Below, piece by piece: positions 42,997-51,896 of a DNA stretch of 64,000 bases. Source of the stretch: Candidatus Eiseniibacteriota bacterium (GTDB lineage: Bacteria > Orphanbacterota > Orphanbacteria > Orphanbacterales > Orphanbacteraceae); NCBI GenBank assembly GCA_016867715.1, contig VGIW01000006.1:233-64232 (forward strand), written 5' to 3'. Position 1 is the first letter of the stretch; every line of letters begins with the position of its first letter. Position numbers and translations under genes: made by a program. The notes beneath the pieces were generated by a model. That model made no database searches. It was not told the origin of the DNA and saw only the letters and a program-made list of their open reading frames with translations.

Positions 42997-44391
42997 TCAG
43001 GCGCCGAGGGGTCTCCCCTTCTCCTTCCGCCGCACCGAGTCCAAGCCGTGTTTCTTGAAGAGATGCCACATGCTCCGCTCGCTGATCCCGAGCTTGCGCG
43101 CGGCCTTCGCCTGCACCCATCCCGTTTCCTCGAGGGCGGAGACGAGAAGGTTCTTCTCATACTCCTCCGTCCGCCGGCGGAACGACGAGAAATCCTCACC
43201 GGTCCCCTCGTCGGATTCCGCCGCCTCGCGAATCGCGGCGGGAAGATCCTGGGGCCGGACCACGGCGCCGTCCCCGACGACCACCGCTCTCTCGATCGCG
43301 TTCTCCAGCTCGCGGATGTTGCCGGGCCAGCGGTAGCGAAGAAGAAGGTCGAGCGCCTTTCGGGAGATCCTCTTCGGCGGAAGCCCGTTCATGCGGCAGT
43401 AATGGTCGATGAAGTACTCGACGAGAGGCTCGATGTCCTCGACCCGCTCACGGAGCGGCGGGATCCGGATCGTGATCACGTTCAGGCGGTAGTAGAGGTC
43501 CTCCCGAAAGCGCTTCTCGCGGATCTCCCGATCGAGGTCCTTGTTCGTGGCCGCGATCACGCGAACCCGGACGCGGATCGGGCGCGTCCCCCCCACCCGT
43601 TCGAACTCCCTCTCCTGCAGGATCCGGAGGACCTTCGACTGCGTGAGGAGGCTCATGTCGCCGATCTCGTCGAGGAAGATCGTGCCGCCGTCGGCGAGCT
43701 CGAACTTCCCGATCCGCTTGTCCACGTTCGTCGCGATGTTCTTTTCGATCCCGAAGAGCTCGCTCTCGAGGAGGGTCTCGGGGATCGCCGCGCAGTTCAC
43801 CTTCACGAACGGCTTCTTGAGCCGAACGCTTTCGTGATGAACCATTGATGCGATGAGCTCCTTGCCGGTCCCGCTCTCCCCGACGATGAGGACCGAAGAG
43901 TTCACGTTGAGGACCTTGCGCGCGTTTCGAAGAACCTCGAAAATCCCTCGCGAGCGCCCGATGACCGGGCGCGCGAAGTTGCGCGCCTCCTCCCTCTCCT
44001 CGGCGGCGCGATCGGACGCGGCGCCCCCGAGCCACCCGTTTCTCCAGCACGCGAGCTCGATGAGGTAGAGGAGCGACGGAAGATCCTTCTCCGGAACGAC
44101 CGTGACGCTGCGGAGGAGATCCTCGTCCGGACTCCGGCCCGCGGTCTTGCGGATCCAGACGAGCGGGAGATCTCCCAGGCGCCGATTCCTCCAGCTCTGA
44201 AAGAACGGGTCCTCGAACAGGTCGCCGAGAACGACCACAAGGCTCGGGGTCGGGCGGGGGAGCACCTGCGGGAGCCGCTCCGGCTCCTCCGCCAGGCTGA
44301 AGCGGAGAGGGATGCGGGAGCGTTTCTCGACAAGCAGGCGGACTCTCTCCGCGCCCTCGCCGCAGATCAGGATTTGGGGAGTGCTCACCAT
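42997..44391 (-). CDS. Sigma-54-activator-family AAA+ regulator with a degenerate receiver and a degenerate GAFTGA loop
   Basis: VLIVGESGTGKELIA, GGTIFLDEIGDM, RVIAATNKDL, WPGNIRELEN, and a C-terminal HTH (AKAARKLGISERSMWHL). Where ESELFGHEKGAFTGA is expected it reads ESELFGIEKNIATNV. The N-terminal ~130 aa are REC-like but lack the acidic pocket pattern. Confidence 0.85.
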   Translation of the reverse strand: MVSTPQILICGEGAERVRLLVEKRSRIPLRFSLAEEPERLPQVLPRPTPSLVVVLGDLFEDPFFQSWRNRRLGDLPLVWIRKTAGRSPDEDLLRSVTVVPEKDLPSLLYLIELACWRNGWLGGAASDRAAEEREEARNFARPVIGRSRGIFEVLRNARKVLNVNSSVLIVGESGTGKELIASMVHHESVRLKKPFVKVNCAAIPETLLESELFGIEKNIATNVDKRIGKFELADGGTIFLDEIGDMSLLTQSKVLRILQEREFERVGGTRPIRVRVRVIAATNKDLDREIREKRFREDLYYRLNVITIRIPPLRERVEDIEPLVEYFIDHYCRMNGLPPKRISRKALDLLLRYRWPGNIRELENAIERAVVVGDGAVVRPQDLPAAIREAAESDEGTGEDFSSFRRRTEEYEKNLLVSALEETGWVQAKAARKLGISERSMWHLFKKHGLDSVRRKEKGRPLGA

Positions 44392-44492
44392 GATGCTCCG
44401 ATGCCCTTCGCATGAGGCATCCGCCGGAACCGCAGGATCTTACGATGGGGAGCTCGCGACCACGATCGGGTATCTCGCAGCGTTTCGCATAT

Positions 44493-44522
44493 AGTATAAG
44501 GGGTTCCGGCCGGGATTGTCAA
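44493..44522 (-). promoter_or_regulatory. Sigma-70-type promoter for the atypical activator gene
   Basis: The minus strand reads TTGACA-18 nt-TATACT, giving a ~95-nt leader. Confidence 0.5.
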
Positions 44523-44579
44523 CGAAGCACGCGGGCGGGTCGCGGCGGCTCGGGCAAGAGGGTCCATCGGGCGCGGCGG

Positions 44580-44608
44580 TTGACACCCCCCTCGGATTCC
44601 CCTATCTT
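44580..44608 (+). promoter_or_regulatory. Sigma-70-type promoter for tRNA-Glu
   Basis: TTGACA-17 nt-TATCTT, ~38 nt upstream of the tRNA 5' end. Confidence 0.5.
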
Positions 44609-44646
44609 CACCGGGAGCCCGCCTTTCCGAGGAAGGACCGGTCGGC

Positions 44647-44723
44647 GTCCCCATCGTCTAGCCAGGTCAGGACACCGCCCTTTCACGGCGGCAACACGGG
44701 TTCGAATCCCGTTGGGGACGCCA
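44647..44723 (+). tRNA. tRNA-Glu (anticodon TTC), CCA encoded
   Basis: GTCCCCA-TC-GTCTAGCCAGGTCAGGAC-A-CCGCC-CT-TTC-AC-GGCGG-...-CGGGTTCGAATCCCG-TGGGGAC-G-CCA. Confidence 0.9.
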
Positions 44724-44773
44724 AGCCAGGAGTGCCGACCGGCGTGGAGCTTCCCGAAACGAAGACGAAAAGT

Positions 44774-44807
44774 CGCCGGGGGAGCAGAATCCCCGGCGCC
44801 GATTTTT
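44774..44807 (+). terminator. Intrinsic (probably bidirectional) terminator between tRNA-Glu and pfk
   Basis: CGCCGGGG-9 nt-CCCCGGCG followed by CCGATTTTT on the plus strand. The minus strand also has a T-rich tail (ACTTTTCGTCTTCGTTT). Confidence 0.65.
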
Positions 44808-44833
44808 GATCTCTGAAGTTTCCAGCCGCGCCG

Positions 44834-45862
44834 CTATCCGAAGAAGACCTCCGCGACCTTGAAGAGAGTCTCGTCCACCCGCTTCGGCCCGCGAATCGCC
44901 TTCTCGAGCGGGACAAGCTCGATCGCCTCCCCCTTCAGCGCGACCATGCGGCCGAAGTCTCCATCGTGCACCGCCTCGACCGCGCGCACGCCGAACCGGG
45001 TGCCGAGGATCCTGTCGTACGCGGTCGGGGTTCCCCCCCGCTGGATGTAACCGAGCATCGTGACACGCGTCTGGATTCCGGTCCGCTCCTCGATCTGCCG
45101 GGCGAGGACCGAACCGATGCCGCCGAGATGGACGTGGCCGAACTCGTCCAGCTTGTGCGATTGGACGACCGGTTCGTCTTGCCCCCTCTCGAGAGCCCCC
45201 TCGGCGACGACCACGATCGAGAAGGGCTTCACCTCGTGGCGTTTCTTGAGAATGCCGCAGAGCTCGTCGATGTCGTAAGGATTCTCCGGGATGAGGATCG
45301 CGTCCGCGCCCCCCGCGAGGCCGCTCATCACGGCGATCCAGCCGGTGTGCCGGCCCATCACCTCAACGACCATGATCCGATGATGCGATTCGGCCGTCGT
45401 GTGAAGACGGTCGATCGCCTCGGTCACGATGTGCACCGCCGTGTGGAAACCGAACGTGTAGTCGGTCTCGGCGATGTCGTTGTCGATCGTCTTGGGAACG
45501 CCCACGACCTTCGCGCCGCTCCTGTAAAGCTCGTTACAGACGCGGAGCGTGTCGTCCCCGCCGATCGCGATGACCGCGTCGAGCTCCTGCCGCTTCATCG
45601 TCTCCAGGATCTTCTCCATCTGATCCGGCTTCCCGATCGGGTTCGTCCGGGACGTCCCAAGAATCGTCCCCCCGCGAGGGAGAATCCCCGAGACGCTCGC
45701 GAGCTTCAGCTCGATCGATTCGTTCTGAAGAAGACCCTTCCAACCGTTCCGTATCCCGATGACGGTGTCGCCGTACGATACGATCGCCTTGCGCGTCACT
45801 GCACGGATCACCGCGTTCAGACCGGGGCAATCGCCCCCGCCGGTGAGCATTCCGATCTTCAT
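44834..45862 (-). CDS. pfk: 6-phosphofructokinase (PfkA family; ATP versus PPi dependence not decidable here)
   Basis: MKIGMLTGGGDCPGLNAVIRAV...IGGDDTL...VGVPKTIDNDI..TD.TFGF.TA...EVMGR.TGWIA...GGAD..LIPE...GY.QRGG. Confidence 0.9.
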   Translation of the reverse strand: MKIGMLTGGGDCPGLNAVIRAVTRKAIVSYGDTVIGIRNGWKGLLQNESIELKLASVSGILPRGGTILGTSRTNPIGKPDQMEKILETMKRQELDAVIAIGGDDTLRVCNELYRSGAKVVGVPKTIDNDIAETDYTFGFHTAVHIVTEAIDRLHTTAESHHRIMVVEVMGRHTGWIAVMSGLAGGADAILIPENPYDIDELCGILKKRHEVKPFSIVVVAEGALERGQDEPVVQSHKLDEFGHVHLGGIGSVLARQIEERTGIQTRVTMLGYIQRGGTPTAYDRILGTRFGVRAVEAVHDGDFGRMVALKGEAIELVPLEKAIRGPKRVDETLFKVAEVFFG

Positions 45863-45999
45863 CTGCGCTCTTTCCTCCGTGCGCCCCTCCAGGCGCTCGC
45901 GCGTGTTTCCCTCTCCGTCGGTAGGGAGGAAAAGTAAACCAAAACGCCCGATGCGGCAACGGTTTATTTGCCCTTTGCGGACGTTCGTTCCGTTCCTCC

Positions 46000-46028
46000 T
46001 TGACGCTCGTCAACGGCCGGTCTACGTT
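46000..46028 (+). promoter_or_regulatory. Sigma-70-type promoter candidate for gene 46066
   Basis: TTGACG-17 nt-TACGTT. The -35 is part of a small palindrome, TTGACGctCGTCAA. Confidence 0.4.
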
Positions 46029-46065
46029 GAGGTTAGATTCTCTCTTCTTCGAGTGGGAGGTCGTC

Positions 46066-46761
46066 ATGGCGCATGTGAAGGCTCGTCCCGGCTCCGGCTT
46101 CTCCGCGGCCGCTCTCTTCCTGGCCCTCCACCTCTCTCCGAATCTCGCCGAGGCGGTCGAGCCGAAGGGAACCGTCCCCCCTCGTCTCACGACGCGGCCC
46201 GGCGCGAGCGAGCCGACCGTTTCGAGCCCGATCCGGGAGGCGGCGAATGTTTATGTGTTCGAGGACGACCGCCACCGGATCGAGTTCATGGAGGAGGGCT
46301 GGCTTCTCCGGTTCAAGCCGGACGAACGCTCCGCGGTCGCCTATTGGCTCGTGGAGGTCTACGGAGATCGAGGACCCGTCCTCTGGACGCGAGAGCGGGG
46401 TCTTCTCAGCTTCGGAACGAAGGAAGGGGCCGTGCGTTACGTGAGGACCCCGCTTCTCACGGAGGAGTACCAAGTCGACCGATACGGCATCCGCCAGGTC
46501 TGGCGCTTCTCCGACAACCCGGCGTGGGAAGGGGGCGACATCCTGATCGTGGGCGAGATGCTGACGCCGTTCGAGGTCCGCCTCATCGACGGGAAGATCC
46601 ACTTCTTCGATCGCGAAGGATGGGTCGGCTCCTTCTGCGCGTTCGAGGCGCAAGGCCCCGAGGGAGACGCTCTCCCTCTCGCACCGAAACTGGAAGGGAA
46701 GAAGATCACGCTGGCGGTTCCGGGGAGTTGGCTCTATCGCCTCGGGCGCCCGCGCATGTGA
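46066..46761 (+). CDS. Secreted hypothetical protein (231 aa)
   Basis: GGGAGG RBS and a signal peptide (SGFSAAALFLALHLSPNLAEA). The mature part is beta-rich-looking, with no motif I recognise. Confidence 0.55.
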   Translation: MAHVKARPGSGFSAAALFLALHLSPNLAEAVEPKGTVPPRLTTRPGASEPTVSSPIREAANVYVFEDDRHRIEFMEEGWLLRFKPDERSAVAYWLVEVYGDRGPVLWTRERGLLSFGTKEGAVRYVRTPLLTEEYQVDRYGIRQVWRFSDNPAWEGGDILIVGEMLTPFEVRLIDGKIHFFDREGWVGSFCAFEAQGPEGDALPLAPKLEGKKITLAVPGSWLYRLGRPRM

Positions 46762-46823
46762 CCCCTCGGCGCCGCGCTTCCCCCTGTGTCAGGTACATCC
46801 GCCGGACGCATCCGCACGCGGAC

Positions 46824-48158
46824 CTATCCGCCGTACGAGCCCTTGCCGGCCCCCTCGAGCGGACCTTCGCGCAGAATGCGGAAGAGATCGGCCGGGCCTT
46901 CCGCGAGGCAGAGGTGTTCCAGACCGCCCTCGCTCCGCACTCGTTCGGGAGTGTAGTCATCGATGAGGAGCCCGTTCGCGCGCGAAACCGCCTCCGCCGG
47001 GAGAACGCCGACCCCGCCCGCCCCCTCCCGCCGGAGCGCGCGGACGATGTCCGCCCCCGGAAGAAGCCCCGCGACCTCGACCGCCGTCCCGAGAAAGCGG
47101 TTCGTGACCGGGAGGAGCCGAATGCGAAGGGCGAGCTCCCGCTCGACCCGCCGGAGAAGGGGCGCGAGAACAGGAGCGAAGAGCGTCCCCGTCACGACCG
47201 TGAGATCATCGAGAACCGGCACCCGCCCTCTCTTCTTCCTTCTCTCGGCCTCGAAACCGTCGACGAAGCGGCGAACCATCCCGATGCCGTCCTCGATCAT
47301 TCCGAACTCCTCGTACTCCTCCGCCGGCGGGATCGGAAGCTCCGCCCGGAGAAAGAACTCGTCCGCGGCGAAGACGAAGCGGCTTCCGACGCGCGCGAGA
47401 AGCATGCGCTGATGCCGGGCGATCCGCTCGACGATCGCGCGGGCGATCTCGGCGGTCACGGGACGGAGAAGCGGATGCGGGCGAGCACGCTCCGAGAGGC
47501 TGACCGGAACGACGGCGAGCCCCCGGAAGCGCGGGTGGCGCCGCGCGAGCTCCTCGATCGTCTCGTCGAGCACGGTCCCGTCGTTCACGCCGGGACAAAG
47601 CACCACCTGCCCCCAGATCTCGATCCCCTCGGCGAGAAGGCGATCCATCGTTGGGAGAAGAGGCCGCCTCGGCCGCCGGCCGAGCAGCACGGCCCGCACC
47701 TCGTCATCGACGGCGTGCACGGAAACATAGAGCGGCGAAAGGCGCTGCTCGACGATGCGCTCGATCTCCCGTTCCCTGAGCGTGGAGAGCGTGATGTAGT
47801 TGCCGTGAAGAAAGGAGAGACGATAGTCCTCGTCCTTCACAAGAAGCGACGGGCGGACGCCGGGCGGAAGCTGATCGACGAAACAGAAGATACAGTCCGA
47901 GCCGCAGACCTTCGGGCGGATCTCCGCGAGGGTGACCCCCCGCAACGGGAATTCTTCGTCGGGAAGACGGGTTCGAATCCGCTCCCCCTCTCGATCGAGA
48001 AGAAGATCGATCTCTCCGATCGCCGCGTGGAAGCGGACGTCGAGATGGTCCTCCACCTCCCTCCCGTTCACCTCGAGAAGGCGGTCCCCGACTCGGACGC
48101 CGCTCCGCGCCGCCGGCGATTCCGCGTCGAGCCGCTCTACCCGCACGCCTCGCGCCAT
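46824..48158 (-). CDS. PDZ - radical-SAM-like - DUF512 protein
   Basis: PDZ (ESPAARSGVRVGDRLLEVNGREV), a Cys cluster (CGSDCIFCF), then ...LSFLHGNYITL...SPLYVSVHA.D...R..LL...P...LL.G.E...Q.VLCPG.NDG..L..T...L, typical of DUF512 proteins. Confidence 0.8.
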   Translation of the reverse strand: MARGVRVERLDAESPAARSGVRVGDRLLEVNGREVEDHLDVRFHAAIGEIDLLLDREGERIRTRLPDEEFPLRGVTLAEIRPKVCGSDCIFCFVDQLPPGVRPSLLVKDEDYRLSFLHGNYITLSTLREREIERIVEQRLSPLYVSVHAVDDEVRAVLLGRRPRRPLLPTMDRLLAEGIEIWGQVVLCPGVNDGTVLDETIEELARRHPRFRGLAVVPVSLSERARPHPLLRPVTAEIARAIVERIARHQRMLLARVGSRFVFAADEFFLRAELPIPPAEEYEEFGMIEDGIGMVRRFVDGFEAERRKKRGRVPVLDDLTVVTGTLFAPVLAPLLRRVERELALRIRLLPVTNRFLGTAVEVAGLLPGADIVRALRREGAGGVGVLPAEAVSRANGLLIDDYTPERVRSEGGLEHLCLAEGPADLFRILREGPLEGAGKGSYGG

Positions 48159-48399
48159 CGACTCTCCTCCGCTCCCCCGTAGTATAGCCGGGGAGGAACC
48201 CATGCGGCCCCCTCGCGTTCTGCAACCGCCTCGGTCTCATCTGCAACGAAACCCGAGGGCCGTTTGTTCAGGAATTCAACAAGCGGCCTCCCGGAGAACC
48301 GTCGGGCCGCCCTCCCCGCGCGGCCCGAGTCGGCGGAGATCCCGAAGAAGATTGGAGTTCCGCGCGCCCGCGTGCCGTGGCTTTTCCGAGCCCGGTCCC

Positions 48400-48414
48400 T
48401 GGCACATGCCTTGC
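48400..48414 (+). promoter_or_regulatory. Sigma-54 (-24/-12) promoter, near-perfect consensus
   Basis: cTGGCAC-ATGCC-TTGCc with exact spacing. It lies ~60 nt upstream of ATG 48475 and ~47 nt upstream of its AGGAGGGG RBS. Confidence 0.65.
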
Positions 48415-48474
48415 CATGGAACCGCCCGGACCTCAAACAACAGGCTCTGCATGCTCCATAAGGAGGGGTCGATC

Positions 48475-48711
48475 ATGAGATCACGGAAACGGCTGGTGGC
48501 GCTCGTCCTCGTTCTCGCTCTCCTCGTTCCGTACGCGGCTCTCGCCGGGGAGAGACCCGGGGCGCAGGTAACGAACACGCGCACGGACGATTCGGGAGTC
48601 ATCACCGGCCAGCAGGACATCCGCGGCCGGACCGCGATGGGCGGGCTCCTTTTCTGGTACCAGTACTTCCAGATGCTCCGTTGCTTCTCCCGCTGGGGGA
48701 TCGCGTTCTAG
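48475..48711 (+). CDS. Small secreted protein (78 aa) with an aromatic C-terminus
   Basis: AGGAGGGG RBS 6 nt before the ATG. MRSRKRLVALVLVLALLVPYAALAG (signal peptide) ...GGLLFWYQYFQMLRCFSRWGIAF. An in-frame ATG at 48451 is possible but lacks an RBS. Confidence 0.6.
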   Translation: MRSRKRLVALVLVLALLVPYAALAGERPGAQVTNTRTDDSGVITGQQDIRGRTAMGGLLFWYQYFQMLRCFSRWGIAF

Positions 48712-48761
48712 CGGGGAGTGCGAGCCCTCTCGGGCCCGGCGCCCGAGAGACGAAGGGGAAA

Positions 48762-48789
48762 GGCGGTGAGACCCGTGCGTCTCACCGCC
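48762..48789. terminator. Bidirectional terminator hairpin between the small ORF and the protease gene
   Basis: GGCGGTGAGAC-6 nt-GTCTCACCGCC (11-bp perfect stem). The flanks are pyrimidine/T-rich on both strands, and a second 8-bp hairpin lies at 48725-48745. Confidence 0.55.
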
Positions 48790-48814
48790 TCGACTTCTTC
48801 CCGGCCGCGCGGCT

Positions 48815-51751
48815 CTACCGAAGAAGCATGATCCGCCGGGTCTCGGCGGCATCGCCGCTCTTGAGACGGCAGAAGTAGAGTCCTGAAGCAACGGGCCGCC
48901 CGGATCGATCGGTCCCGTCCCACGCCGCCTGATGAACCCCCGCTTCCTGCACCCCGTCGACGAGCGAGCGGACGAGTCGGCCGCTCACGCTGAAGATATC
49001 CAACGAGACCCGCGCCTTGGCGGGAATCGTGTAGGAGAAGGTCGTGTGCGGGTTGAACGGGTTCGGACGGTTCTCCCCGAGGGCGAACACGAGCGGCGCG
49101 CCGCCCGTCTCAACCGCCTGGACCGACGTTGAAATGTCGCTCCAGACGAGGATCCGCATCTCGTCGATCGCCGCGTGGATTCGGGTCGCGCTTCCCGTGT
49201 CCTGGGCCGCGAAGCGGAACCGGACCTGATCCGGGAACGCGAAGAGGGAGTCGATCTCCACCTCGACTTCCACCCACGACTCGGTCCCCTCGTTCGTGTC
49301 CTCGACGCTCACCCAGGTTCCGCCGCCGTCGTTCGAGACATCGACCTTCCAGTAGTCGTCGCGGCCGACGAGCGGCCCCACCGCCTCGAAGTCGTTCGAA
49401 TACCAGCGCGCGTACCGGACCACGACTCCTTGCTTGCCGAAGAGGTCGTAGACCGGCGAGAAGAGCGTCGTCTTTCCGTTGTTCACATTGGCCGTGTTCC
49501 CCGTGACGAAGCAGTCTTCTCCGTCGCCCGAGGTCGCGTCGTATTCGGGCCGCGTCTCGTTTCCGATCGGCTCGGCGTTGATCCAAATGCCGGCAGTCGC
49601 GTTGTCGGTCGAGTCCCCGATCGTCCAGCTCCCCAAGCTCTCGCACGGATCGTAGTGGAACACGACGTCGTAGCGATGGAGCGCGACCGGAGCGTTCGTT
49701 GGGCTCCAATCGACGTGCGAGGCGGAATCGGCCGCCTCGATGTAATACTCGACGCGCGCGTTCCGGGAGACGGCCGGGATCTCCGCTTCGTACTCATCGG
49801 GAGATCCGGTCGGCGCCATCGGGATCTCGTCGAACGAGCCCCCGGAGACCCGAACCCAAAGCTTTACCGATGAAGGATCGATGCCGGTCGAGAGTCCCTC
49901 CACCGTCGCGACGACGTTTCGCGCGAGGAGTGTGTCGGTCGTCGAGGGGAGGCCGGCGTGCGTGATCCGCACCCCCTCGCTCACGACCGGCGCCGCGAAC
50001 CCTCGGCGAACCGCCGCGCTCGCGAGATCGGCGAAGTTCGGCGTGCCGTTGTCGAGGTTCCCGTCCGGATCGTCGTAGAGAAAGACCCAGGTCACCTGGT
50101 CCTGCATGTTTGCCGGGAGGCCTGCCTTCCGCGAGAAGTGCCAGAGATGCTTGAGGATCGAATCGGCAACTGCCGATCCGTAGTTCGTCACGAGGTTCGT
50201 GCGGGCCTCCCAGAAGAAGCCGCTGACGAGCTGCCCATCGTGGTGCCCCTGGCCGTTCTGATCGTCCGGGTACATCATCGAGTGGTTCGCGGTGCGGATC
50301 CCCAGGTGGCATTCACCGCTATAGAAGTTCGTTCCGAGCATCGCGTTTCGCAGCATGAGAAGCGGCAGGATGTCTGAGTTCCCCTCGCTCACCGCCCCGT
50401 CATACGAGTAGTTTCCGTAGAGCCGCTGGGTCACGCCGTGGCCGTACTCGTGATAGACAACGTCCCCGAGCCGGGCGGTGTTCGAGTAGTTCGATCCCTC
50501 CTTGCAGAAGTTCATGTGCTGGCCGTCCCACCAGGCGTTGCCCGGACAATAGCCGTCGGTGCGGTTCACACGGACGCGCATCCGGTAGTCGAGGCCGGTG
50601 AAGGACGGATCGAGCGTCTTCATGAAGTCGCGAACGATGTTCGCGTGGTGCCAGCCGTCCCTCTCGGCGATGTGCGAGTTCGCGTCGTCCCAATGGAAGG
50701 AGGCGGGAGAACCGGGCAGAACCCGGACCGTGTCCCGGGCGCTCGGGCCGTCGTAGTTCTCGACGAGGAAGCGCGGCCCGTAGAAGCGCGTCCAGATGTC
50801 CACCGAATCGGAACCGGCGTGGGCGATGAGGAACGATCCGTCCGCTCCCGACGTGGCGCTCGCCCCGCCGACGACCTGGACGCTCGCCTCTTTCACCGGG
50901 CGTGTCTCCGCAGACACGCAGGGGCTCGGATCATCGACCGTCGAGGTCAACATCCCGATCACGTCGACGAACTCGTAGAGGTTTCTCCTGCCGAAGATCT
51001 CTCCGGTGCGCGCGTCCACCCACGACTCCCAATTCCCGAGCGGCTCGACCATCTCGGTGCGGACGCGCCACGAGAGACGGTACTCGTATCGCGTCTCCCC
51101 GCGGATCGGGTAGATCCAGAGAGAAGCCTCGCGCGCGCCGTCCCTCCCCTCGACGTAGCCGAGCTCGAGCCCGGCGATCGCGACCGCTTCCTCGCGGCCG
51201 AGCGAGGGGACCGTGCTCATCTCGAGATCCGGGTGAAAATCGCTCCCCACCGCGTAGATCCTCCCCTCGCGCGTGAAGAGCACGTGCGCGCGCCCGCCGA
51301 GAACGGGGACCCCCTCATGGACTTCGGGGAAGAGCACTGCCCACCGATCCATCGCGAAGACTGCCGACGGCTCCCCGAACCGGCGCGGGTCCGCCCGAAG
51401 AAGATCCGCGTGCTCGGCGAGGAAGACCTCGGCGATCTCCGCCGCCCGCTCCTCAGTGTCGATCGCGCCGGCCGCGTACTCGATGCCGCTTCCAACGAGC
51501 TGATGGGGCGTCCCGAGAAGAGGGTCTCTCTGAACGGCCCAGGCGCCCCCGACCCGGCGCGCGAAGCGATCGAGATCCGCGTCGATCCCCTCCTCGCCGC
51601 GGACGAAGCGCCCGTAGGAGAGCGGCTCCGTCGCGGGGGCGAGGATCTCCCATTCCGCGCTCGGGCGCTCCGGCGGAAGAACGGCGAAGGCCTGGAAGGC
51701 CGAACATGCGAAGAACGAGACAAACAGCGCGGCGCGTGCAGAGCGCGACAT
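48815..51751 (-). CDS. Secreted zinc metalloprotease (fungalysin M36/thermolysin-like clan MA) with C-terminal beta-domains and a T9SS-type tail
   Basis: Signal peptide MSRSARAALFVSFFACSAFQAFA and an FTP/PepSY-like propeptide region. VVYHEYGHGV (HExxH) with a downstream SEGNSD (GEGWSD-like third ligand). The tail reads NRPNPFNPHTTFSYTI...SGLYFCRL...RRIMLLR. Confidence 0.85.
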   Translation of the reverse strand: MSRSARAALFVSFFACSAFQAFAVLPPERPSAEWEILAPATEPLSYGRFVRGEEGIDADLDRFARRVGGAWAVQRDPLLGTPHQLVGSGIEYAAGAIDTEERAAEIAEVFLAEHADLLRADPRRFGEPSAVFAMDRWAVLFPEVHEGVPVLGGRAHVLFTREGRIYAVGSDFHPDLEMSTVPSLGREEAVAIAGLELGYVEGRDGAREASLWIYPIRGETRYEYRLSWRVRTEMVEPLGNWESWVDARTGEIFGRRNLYEFVDVIGMLTSTVDDPSPCVSAETRPVKEASVQVVGGASATSGADGSFLIAHAGSDSVDIWTRFYGPRFLVENYDGPSARDTVRVLPGSPASFHWDDANSHIAERDGWHHANIVRDFMKTLDPSFTGLDYRMRVRVNRTDGYCPGNAWWDGQHMNFCKEGSNYSNTARLGDVVYHEYGHGVTQRLYGNYSYDGAVSEGNSDILPLLMLRNAMLGTNFYSGECHLGIRTANHSMMYPDDQNGQGHHDGQLVSGFFWEARTNLVTNYGSAVADSILKHLWHFSRKAGLPANMQDQVTWVFLYDDPDGNLDNGTPNFADLASAAVRRGFAAPVVSEGVRITHAGLPSTTDTLLARNVVATVEGLSTGIDPSSVKLWVRVSGGSFDEIPMAPTGSPDEYEAEIPAVSRNARVEYYIEAADSASHVDWSPTNAPVALHRYDVVFHYDPCESLGSWTIGDSTDNATAGIWINAEPIGNETRPEYDATSGDGEDCFVTGNTANVNNGKTTLFSPVYDLFGKQGVVVRYARWYSNDFEAVGPLVGRDDYWKVDVSNDGGGTWVSVEDTNEGTESWVEVEVEIDSLFAFPDQVRFRFAAQDTGSATRIHAAIDEMRILVWSDISTSVQAVETGGAPLVFALGENRPNPFNPHTTFSYTIPAKARVSLDIFSVSGRLVRSLVDGVQEAGVHQAAWDGTDRSGRPVASGLYFCRLKSGDAAETRRIMLLR

Positions 51752-51861
51752 GGCATCTCCTTCCCGGTTGTGCGTTCGGGGAGACTTCAGAGGACGCTCC
51801 TGCCGCAAGGACGGGCGTCCGCCCGCGGTGCGAATCGGGAGAACCCGCGGGTTCGCGTGCA

Positions 51862-51890
51862 ATTATAGCAAACGGAAGGCCGCGGGGCAA
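51862..51890 (-). promoter_or_regulatory. Strong sigma-70-type promoter for the metalloprotease gene
   Basis: The minus strand reads TTGCCC-17 nt-TATAAT with an extended -10 (TGcTATAAT). A GAACCCGCGGGTTC palindrome lies in the leader. Confidence 0.55.
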
Positions 51891-51896
51891 TTCGTT

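Noticed and set aside
48400-48416. The reverse orientation of the near-palindromic sigma-54 element (minus strand TGGCAA-GGCAT-GTGC) as a promoter for the DUF512 gene.
   Set aside because: The plus orientation fits the consensus better (TGGCAC and TTGC versus TGGCAA and GTGC) and is properly spaced from an RBS and ORF. The DUF512 start is ~240 nt away. This is not excluded experimentally.
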